Shown in pieces: positions 28,561 to 38,900 of a stretch of 64,000 nucleotides of DNA. Both the position numbers and the translations under genes were made by a program. Source of the DNA: Bigelowiella natans CCMP2755 (lineage: Eukaryota > Protista > Cercozoa); the NCBI GenBank assembly GCA_000320545.1, contig ADNK01002608.1, forward strand, positions 85,675 through 149,674, given 5' to 3'. The notes under the pieces are model-generated. The model ran no database searches and had not been told where the DNA came from. It saw only the letters and a list, made by a program, of their open reading frames with translations. How positions within the stretch are numbered: the first letter of the stretch is position 1; the number at the start of each line of letters is the position of its first letter.

Positions 28561-29700
28561 TTTTTGTCCTTTTCGTCTGTGTTTTCACGAAGCGACAACA
28601 TCATCTTGGCGTCCTGTCTAGTCGTAGTGCATTTTCACATGCGCGTTGAGCGAAATCAAGAGCATGATCATCATTTCATGGTCAGGTCCGAAGCAAGAAT
28701 GCATCGGACCAGCAGGATCGAATCGATGAGAGTCTGGGTGAATCACAGACACAGCACAGCAATGTGATGTGTGCACAATGTGCACATCATGCTGCATGTC
28801 CATCATGTGAAAGTGGGCACAGACGGTCGGGCCCACCTAGCTAGCTAGCTAGCTAGCCACGATTGGTGAAACTTTCCAGCTGTTTGTTGATCGACCACAC
28901 CTCCAAAGAGTTGCACGAGCGTGACCACCATTTTCAGTCTCAACAAGCAAGCTGCATGCTCACATGGTTTGGTGGTGCTGCCAGTCGACACCAGCTAGTT
29001 TTGACCATCAACACCAACAGGGCTAGAGGGTGCTGACTGCACGTGCTGACAAGTCCTCGCAATGATTTTTGTTTGCAGGTGCGGCTTCGTGCAAATGCAC
29101 GTCTCCCACGTGGTTCTTGCGCACGTTGATTTTTGCACCAACCCAGCTCCAGAGCTAGCCAGCAATGCTCAGTTCAATGTTCAACCTTCAGTGTTCTTTG
29201 TCTTTCTTTCTTTCTTTCAAACAAGCAACATTCCACTTGCACACGCTCGTGCACACAGAGCCTTCATGGCTACATGGCGTACGCACACATGCGAACATGT
29301 GTTGCGCGGCATTTTTTGTGTCATGTGTTGTGAACACAGACATGACACCAAAAAGGACCCACACACGCAGTGGACAACATGTGTGCTGATGGGCTGTGCG
29401 CCATGGAGCCTTCTAGCCTTTGTGGCTACACATGATAAAATCCGTGGCACGAAAAGTTCTGACATGGCAGGTGTTCTTGTGACCTGGCTACTGGTGGTCT
29501 AGCTAGCTGGTGGTGTTGAAATCGGGGTGGCTATGGAAACCCCGCCTAGCACGTCACAGCTAGTGCGTGCGGACAAACACAACACTACGCTGCAGAGACG
29601 TGTGACATGGCGCATTGGTGGCACACTAGCAGCTCGCGCGCATGCAAGCATGACTAGATGATGGCGGGGTCTACTCACTGCAAGCATGTTGAACATCACT
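28561..29700. other. TA-depleted intergenic block (degenerate repeat)
   Basis: Hand count: 26 TA in 1140 bp, of which 16 CTAG and 6 CTAC/GTAG. Confidence 0.8.
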
Positions 29701-30031
29701 AAACCATTGCTATGTGATGCATGTCATATGTACGGCGAACAACAACCTGCTCTAAATGAAGGATTAGGACTTGTTTTCAAATACAGCTTAACAATTGCTA
29801 TGTGATGCATGATGCATGTTGTATGTACCGAGCCTATGCGAACAACCTGCTCTAAATGAAGGATTGGGACTTACTGTGAAATACTGGTACTGTTATCCAA
29901 ATTTTTCGTCAAAGCAAAGTATTCGCTTTGCTTAATAGATGCTGGATAATTGAGTCACTGTACATTGCAAATAATCACACCGAACACAAAAATTAGCTTT
30001 CACATGCGACTGATTGTGGTCATACTGATGA

Positions 30032-31720
30032 TTACTTGTGTACAAAAATGCCTCTGCCAAATTTTTCTCCTGGTTCATCGGTCTGCGCCAATACACAAAC
30101 ACGCACACGAACACTCTTAATATTTGAATAATTTATGTTTCAGTAGTTTATACGTACACATGAACAGGCACTCCGTATGGATGTGTGTGAGGAGGTGGGG
30201 GGGGGATGGGCAATCGTACTTCTACATTTAAATGCATTGCATAAATTGAGAATAAACTTTATAATTTATCTCATACGGTAAGTATAATATCTCTCTCACT
30301 AATACTCACTTGGATTGATTCATAATGGCCTGTATTTCCTACAGCACTGATAATTACATGTGGCGATAATGATGATGTTAGCACGGATGATGGCAATAGA
30401 CAGATAGGGTAGACAGATATATTGATAATCAGATAGAAAGGGGGTTCACACTCCCATGACAACAACAACAACAGCAGCAGCAGCAACAACAACAACAATA
30501 ACAATAACGTACCGATGAAATAGGATAATGCTGGGCTTCGTACTGTTATATTGAGCTGCTCCATCAGGGGAGGATATGCGTACGAAAAAATCCTTAACAA
30601 TATACAATCAACAAAGAAGGACCATAGAAACCACATCAAACATATTTTTTTCATCATACAAGATGGGCAGCATGGCTTTTGATTGAGTTTATCAATAATG
30701 TCATATCTATTCTTCCTCAACATGTTGATGTGTAGATACAGATCTTTACGTGCATCAAACCACCCGTTGTTTTGTCTCTGGATGCGTGTAGAAAGATACA
30801 AAGAAGATATTCACTTCAAAGAATGCCGCCACATGCATATTGTGTGTTGGCCCAGCCGAAAACTTGACGTTTTGATATTGCTGATGTTGGTTAATAATAA
30901 CAACGGTGTGAACATTAAAAGTAAGACATATATTGCAGTACAATTACTACTATCTGATAATGGATGCAATGAGGTTGCTGCTTACGCTACCAGCTTGATT
31001 CTATCTCATAGTCATTAGGTTACTTTCAACTCTTCTTTCAAAGATTCTGTCCCTCTTACTACCACTACTACTATTACACTACTGCTACCACTACTATTAC
31101 ACCACAAACTGTTTCTACTATCTCTGTAAGAGAGGTAGTAGTAGTTGTAGTAGCAGCACCACCACCACACCTGTAGATACTCTTCGAAATCACATACATT
31201 TCCAAGATTCTTTCTAAACCTTTGATTTACCAGCATCCACTTTGTCAGTTAGTAGTCATCAAAAATGGAGGAGTAGGAGGAGGAGGATGAGAAGGAGAAG
31301 GAGCAGAGCTACAGCAATGAGGTTGGTACAAAGCTGTCTATTTAGTGAATGGGAGAGGAGGTAATTGTCTGTTTCTAGTTTGAAAATCAGCGTCATTATT
31401 CGCTCTTGAATGAAGAACACCATCATATGGTAGTGTATTAGTAGCGGGTGAAGTTGGTGTGGATGTTTCAAGGTTGAGAATTTATACCAAATTGACAGAT
31501 GATGAAAATGTAATGAGGGTGATAACATGAAAACCAGGAGGATTTACAAATATTATATAAATATATGCATTTTTTTCAAGCAAGAACTATCCTTCGTCTT
31601 CTTCACCATTCTTCTTTCACGCATTCTCGTAACACCTTCCGCCATTCCTTGCCTTTGATAAGTCTGGTGAAGAGAATGGAGTTATACACACGAAGAAGGT
31701 GAATCGATCACAATGATGAC

Positions 31721-31761
<41 letters not shown>

Positions 31762-32064
31762 AGAAAGTGGAAGAGGATTTCTGTCTTTAGTAAATATTCA
31801 CTTGCAGCACTACTATTACCACAGAGAGAAAGTTACTCTAGCAATAACCACCACTACCATACCAACCTATCTTCTAAATGTGTGGATTATTTATAAGTTG
31901 GATGGCATTTGATATGGGGGAAATAATAAGAATCATCATCATCATCATCATACCTCTGATTTGGTGTGAGCTGTCTGTAGGAGAGCGTACTTATTTCTTC
32001 TTCACTCGTACCAAACTTCTTCTCTTCTTCTCTCCTTTTCTCTCCCATTACTCCTTTACTACTA

Positions 32065-32104
<40 letters not shown>

Positions 32105-32294
32105 CTTGAAGACGATTCTTCGCAGCGGCTGTTCCAATAGCGGGAGGAGCAGCAGCAGAAGCAACAGCATATTTTGGCATTTTGATGAAGGGATGCTGTT
32201 TTTGTAATAATATCGTTAACAATACCGCCACTTACTCTCACTAGGTATTCTATACTCCAAGTAAATAGTTATAATAGTAATTATCTGATCATAT

Positions 32295-32356
<62 letters not shown>

Positions 32357-32707
32357 AAAACCCACCACCTTAGCATCTAACGAGTGAAATACAGCGTGAA
32401 AGAAGCATGTGCCATCGGCATGAGCTCCAACACGTTTTAAAGGTTTGGCTTTCTCGAAAACAATAAGTCCATAACTTCTTTTCCGAACGGGCCTACAGAC
32501 ACGACACAATCGTCACGACAAATAATAGAATTTTAATAGAATTTAGTAATAGTTTTACTGATATGTGAAAGATTACTTCTAGTTTGGCGTTTTATAATGT
32601 AGATATTTAATAAATACATTGAGAGCAAGAACATAGGCATCTAAACTACCGGTGCTACCAATTTTATCATCATTATGGAGATAATGATGATGTAGACGAC
32701 CCCTGTG

Positions 32708-32743
<36 letters not shown>

Positions 32744-33860
32744 CACTACTATTGGCTGATATGATGATTGACACATATCAGTACAACTGCAACTACCGCT
32801 CTCTCCATCAGGAAGATCTTTCATATCGTCCACAGATTCTATGTTTATCCACCTTGTAAACAGTCATTCAGAAGCGATGATAAATCAAATATATCTTAAA
32901 TTATCATGAAATCTTTTTATCCTTGCAAACTCGTTTTTACTTCGCACGTATGTTATTTATCCTCCAAATATGAAGGCAATGATCAATATATACTACCCTA
33001 TCATCCTCATCGATTCAACGATAAATTACCTTTCGTAATCTTCTTGTGGATGCACTTCTGCTTGGTGATAATGGTACCAGTATTGAAACGTGATTCCTCG
33101 ATAGGAGTACTGCACCTATGATGACGATGATGACGATGATGACGGTGATGATGATGATGACGATGATAAAGGGCAGAGTAGTAGTAGCAGTAGTAGAGAT
33201 TCCTGATGATACTGATAAGTAACGACGATGGATGTGGAGGAATATACTATTGCTACATCATTAGCTGTATTAGGTATCATAAAAAACAAAACAGTTGTTA
33301 TTCTTATTCTGGTTCAATATCTGCGAAATTCCGTTATTGTATGCTACTACTTAATTATTATATTGTCTTTCAAAGTGGTTGTTAATGAAGAGTTTTTGAT
33401 TATCATTACTACCATTATCACAACTGTAGTACCTGGATTTGTGGACCATCAACAACCCGCACAAAGCCTGGGATCCATTTTCCTCTTGCCTGATAAGTGA
33501 TGAAGATTAGTCGGTGATAGTTGAAGTATTACTTCTATGATGCTGCTGCCGGTGATGATGAAGAAAATTCTGAACAAGTTGCTGTTAAATAGTATAGATA
33601 CCTCATTGGGCTTCCGTCGCAGAATTACCACATTTTGGCTCGGCTGACATGAGTACAATGTTTATTACTTGTGCATTTATCTGCAAGAGCATATAATAAT
33701 GCACACTAGTATTTTATACACACATATCAGTTTACATTTGTTACTACCATATATAAATATATTATATGTAATAATATAAATTTCACTGCACATTATTTAT
33801 GTACATCATCATTTTCTACAATCAGTGAAGATTCATCATCATATATCACACAAACACACA

Positions 33861-33891
<31 letters not shown>

Positions 33892-34450
33892 CACCAACAG
33901 AAACCAATATAGATTCGTACATATGATTACACAATTATCACAAATTCAATGATGGGGTACATCACCTTAAATTCTTCGCAAACATCCAAATTAGACGAAA
34001 ATTGTCCTGGCTGTGCAAACCTTACACAAAGTAATACAACAAGAGAATTAAAAATAATAACAATGATAGCAATAACGACGCACTGCTAGGGAAATAATTA
34101 TATTATGACCGTCCCTACTACAAGGGGAAAATGTGACAAATGATAATAATAGAGAAAAGGAATCGACGCACGGAGGAGCAAGACAGTGTGTCAGAATTGT
34201 GGAAAAAGGGGGAAATTTAGGACGGAAAATAGGGAAAACAGCAGGCAAAATAGAAATAAATATGCCCTCTTTTACCTGTCCTTATCGTTTACTTTATGCA
34301 AAATCTCAGGAGGAGGGGGATCAGGAGGAGGAGGACGAGGAAAAGATAATGTTTAGAATAATGTAAAGCTTCTGGAAGCAGGCATGTAATTCATTTGTTC
34401 AAGCAACATTACGCTGCCAAGCTCTTGAGGACGGACAAATCAACCAATAT
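30032..34450 (-). CDS. OTU-family cysteine protease/deubiquitinase with an N-terminal Tudor/Agenet-like barrel; 5' end unresolved (may extend to about 35300)
   Basis: Catalytic Cys motif VGAHADGTCFFHAVFHSLD (Cys 32405-32407), EVNIFFV, YNSTKPSIILFH|RAVGNTGHYESIQ (His 30325-30327), last exon TDEPGEKFGRGIFVHK*. Upstream exons give VVILRRKPNE|ARGKWIPGFVRVVDGPQIQ|VQYSYRGITFQYWYH. Confidence 0.72.
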
Positions 34451-34469
34451 GTATCTGTTACGCATAATT

Positions 34470-34508
<39 letters not shown>

Positions 34509-35565
34509 ACAAACTAAAATTGTGAACGATGTTATTTAATGAATAATTACCAAATCCCACTTTGTATCCCATCCAACAAAATGAACATGAACCTATGTAG
34601 TAAGTAGTAGTAGTAGTAGTAGTAGTAGTGTCGGTAGTCGTAGCAGCACAGTAGTAGCAATAGTAGTGAGTACTATGTAAGTTCTAACACACTAGCCTGC
34701 TTCGTATCTTTACTGACCAAAACGAAAACATCTACTCACTCACTACTAAATCAGCTGGGGGGTGGTGGATTATTATTCACTTTATTTTTCATCATTTCGA
34801 CTGGCGTGACCTGAAATTAAGAGCAGTAGCATAAAAGAAGACAAAGGCAACTAGATTATATATGCTTGAATAATAAATGAATAAATAATGCATACCTCGC
34901 CTAGAACCCACTTTCCAAACTCATCTCGAACATCCATTGTTTTTAATAGATCCTCCTTCTGCGTGTTCCCCTTTTGTTTGTTGGGTAGCCGTCGCTGTTG
35001 CGAAAAGCATGCTGATCGACCCTGTCCCATATTCTCTTTGTGCCGCTTTTATGTGTTTAGCTACGTGGGGAGGATGAACAGAGGAGGAGGAGGAGGAATG
35101 GGATCAATTTCGCGTCGCTCTGTTTAGATATAGTGGAAGATTCATTGCTATCAGAGTGAGTGTGAGCATGTACAATGAATGATGCTTGGGTTCTTATTGG
35201 GTGGGGTGTCAATGAAGCACCAGGATGTCCTTCCCGTACCAACTCACTCTTTGTGGTGTGGGAGGGAAGGAGGCGGAGAGGGTAGCGGTGGAACAGAGCG
35301 TGAAGAAGCAGGCTGATGGTAGTAGTAATGGTTTGTAGTAACGTCGTACATCTTTCTAGGATTTCTTCCTAATCTCGAAGTCGCACACATTGTAATTCAG
35401 GCAAACAGCATCTACGACACAGTAGAGCTGAAGCACTTGCTAACTTTCTTCTGCGACAAAGAAAGGAGCTTCAGTATTCGTAGAAGTTTTGTGCTACATT
35501 TTGGTTCTTTCTCTCATCCGAGCTGCCGACGAATCCCAATCTGGGACACTAGCGCATGTGAAACA

Positions 35566-35891
35566 TGTTGCGCGTAAGGTGTTCACAGGCCGAGGCGCTA
35601 CGTGCACAAGTAGGCAGGGGGGGGGAAAGGCACGTTTGCTTCCTTTTGAAGAGTTGTGTTTATTTTTATTAAAGATTATATTTTTATTAAATCGTGCACT
35701 GCGTAATCATTCGCGAAGCTTTCGCGAATGCCGCCGCACGTGGGGCAGCACACTTCCGGTGTGCTGCCATGAGTCCCGCCGGAACCCACGTGCCTATGCT
35801 GTATTAATATCTACGTTATCTATATTCTATATCCGCGACAACCCCTTTGTTGTCGCACGTGACTTGTGCCCGCGTAGTGGTACGCGCTACA
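35566..35891 (-). repeat. 3' LTR of the Gypsy element
   Basis: 326 bp, identical to 40956-41281; 11-bp imperfect terminal inverted repeat TGTWGCGCGTA; minus-strand AATAAA signals near 35655-35690. Confidence 0.97.
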
Positions 35892-35899
35892 CCTCCCCC
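35892..35899 (-). other. Polypurine tract
   Basis: Minus strand GGGGGAGG directly abuts the TGT start of the 3' LTR; a second purine tract (AAGGAAGGAAGGAG) lies about 15 bp upstream. Confidence 0.75.
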
Positions 35900-35942
35900 A
35901 AGTCACGTTGCTCCTTCCTTCCTTCCTTATTCCCTTAGACCT

Positions 35943-38900
35943 TCATCGCTTTCGGAACTTCACCAACCACCAGGTAATAGATTCCTCTCTAACCTTATCT
36001 CCTTTGTCGCTTACCCAGAACTCACCTTCGTCCTTAGGTTCGTGTCCATACCAGCCCTCTGCATCAAGGTCCCCCAGGACCTTATACCAGTGCTCAAAGG
36101 GTAAGTCGGGAACAGCTAGGTAGAGTAGCTGATATTTTCCGTCCTTTATTTTCATAGCTACCCTCTCCATATTTCGTAATCCAGGGTAGCCTAGATAGAC
36201 AATCTTCATGCGCCAATCGTCGTTCACCCTGACCTTATTGTTTCCATATTCCACATCGAACTTAGGTCGGGGTCCTAAACAAGGCATTGCTCGCTCCCAC
36301 ACAGTAGGGTTTACTTTAACATCCTCTAGGAGCTTCTCACCGATATCATAATTCTTTAGGTGACTGATGTGGCGCAAGGTGACCCTGTTCCCATCATAGA
36401 TGTAGTACTGCTTCCTCCCCTTCCTCTCGGTAACCTTTGCAACGCCACCCCAGAAGGGGTCTTGTTTATTTCTCGATCTCAGATTTACCTTGGCCCTAAC
36501 ATACTGTCCTTCCTTTAGAACTCGGCCATCGTACGGGACCTTCTCGTCTTCGCTCTCGGTATCGTCGTCGTTGTCGTCGCCTTCTTCCCTCTCCTTATCC
36601 TTGATACCTCCCCCAGACGTGAAGGTGTCGTTTACTAACCCTTGTATCTTGTCTGGTGTGGTGCTATTTATCCTGCTTAGGTTGGCCAAGGTGCGGTGGA
36701 GTCGCTCTACCTTGGAGTTGGACTGGGCATAGTATACAGGTGAGGCATCAATATTAGGGTGTGGTAGCTGTAGAAGAGAGGTCTCATTATCCACATGTAA
36801 CTTCTTTGGTATCTTGTTTATGCTAACTTCATCAGGGATAGCCTGGAGCTCAGACTCCCAGGTACGGTAGCAGTTAGTAAGCCTCTGCTTATATAAGCCT
36901 TTGTTCTTCTTAGCAACGTTGACCTTGATAATCTTTTTAACCCAGCACTTTCCAGTGGCCACATCAACGAAGGTAAGGTAGTGATAGCCATCGTACTTAT
37001 AAACATCAATTTGCACGATATCTAAGAAGTTCCTTGCTTTGATTTTCTTAGATGCACGGCTCTTGCTGGACTCCTTGGTGGCGACGCCTGCCGCCTTCAA
37101 GCTGGAGCACCTGCAGCCACGCAGGTATGTCCTTATCTCTTTTAGCTTGTAGGGCCAGTAGTAATGGTAGAGTAGAGCAGTGATATGGTTTTCTCCTACG
37201 TGTGCAGGTCCATGGGCGGTAAAGAGAAGGGCTCCCCTGGTCCGCCGTGGCACGTAGGTACGCCTAACATTATTAGTGTATACATATATCCTATCACTAA
37301 GTACCTCATGCTTGTGTTTGTATTTATCCAGGTGTTCTTGAAGGTGCTGGAGCTCCTCTGGCTCAGGCAGGAAGTCGCCGTCCTCGAAGGTAATCGCGTT
37401 AACCATAGGGGTGACCTGGGTAGGGACTTTCTTTTCGAACAGCCTGCTGAAATAGTCAGCAAGCTGCTTGTCTCCTGGTGCGTAGACCACTGTCCTCTTG
37501 TCCCTAAACTCTTCCGTGTCCGCCCTCATAGCTGCATACTCATCGTTAGGCGCTTCGAGCTTGCGGTCGATGCCTAGGAGGGGCTTGTGGTCAGTCATTA
37601 AGGTGAAGCTGGGCACCGACAGCAGGTAGTATCTTAGTTTCCTCTGCGCCTCAGTCATGGCTTTATACTCTCCTTTTGTAGGGCTGTACTTGGCCTCAGC
37701 TGCTGTGCAGGCCCTGCCCCACACCCGTATGATCTGCTGGTCTTGGGTAAGTACAGCAGCCATACCTAGCTTAGACCAGTCTGTCCATAGGGTAGCTGGT
37801 CTAGTAGTGTCTAGCTTAGCATTCAATAGGGTGTTGCTGCATAACTTTATTAGGTTATCGAAGTGGGCATCAAGGCCAGCCTTGGCCCACACCTTAGCGA
37901 AGCTGAGGCCTACAGAGTTCTCCTTCCGGTAAGCAGTAGTAAAAGCAGCTGCAGTCCTAGCGTAGGTAGGGGAGAACCTACGTAGTATCCAAGCTGCAGT
38001 CTGCAAGAATGACTTTAACTCCTTTGCATTCTTAGGTTTAGGGGCTTGCTGTAGTGCTGCTACTTTCTCGGGGTTTGGGGTGATGCGGCCTTGCTCCAGG
38101 TAATATCCACACCACTTGATTCTTGTAGCTAGGAATGTACACTTCTGCAGTCTAATAGTAAAACCGAAGTGTGCAAACCTAATAAATATATTTTCCAGGA
38201 GGAAGATCTGAGCGACGACTGTGTTGGTACATATTATGTCATCATCCACATACACAAACACAAACACCCACAACACAGACGCCATCCCATCATGTGTGTA
38301 TGCCCTGTAGTTCTGACTACTGAACGCATCCCCTGATATGCTTAGGCCGTAAGGGAATACGACGAAGTGCCACTTCCTGTGCCTGCTGGAGAACGCGGTA
38401 ATGGGGCGGGAGGTTTTGTGGATGGGTGTCTGCATGTATGATTCATTTTTATCTAGGGAAGAGTAGTATTTGTATCCTATGACGTGTTCAATAACGTCAT
38501 CTATCCTTGGTGTAGGTGTCTGGATCCTCTTTATTACTCGGTTGTGGCGGATGAAGTTGTGCGCCAGGCGGAAGAAAGGGTAAGTAGGTTTCTTAGCTAG
38601 CACATGTCTCACGTTCCATGGTGAGTTGCTTGGCTCTATCTTCCCTTCCTTTGCCCATTCATTGATCTGCCACTCTATCTTTTCCCAGTCCGCTTCCGGT
38701 CGCCTATGTTCTGGGTCATTGATGATGCACTCTTCGTATCCCTTCTTTAGCTCGATCTTTACTGGGGTAAGCTTGCTGGAGGGCTTCGTCGTCGGCTTGG
38801 TGATGTCAGAGTACTTCTCGTTTAATATTTTATTAATGTACTTTTTGCCTTTGTCGATATCCCAATCATCAGCTGGGGGGGTCTTGTCCAGTAGCTCCGT

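Noticed and set aside
32326-32355. 30-nt poly-G tract (also G21 at about 6503-6523)
   Set aside because: Intronic homopolymers attached to (GA)n microsatellites; length is unreliable and no function is supportable
35946-36345. Chromodomain at the integrase C-terminus (chromovirus)
   Set aside because: No chromodomain aromatic-cage pattern (e.g. YLVKW.G...TWE); the length and motif order fit an MTase-like fold better
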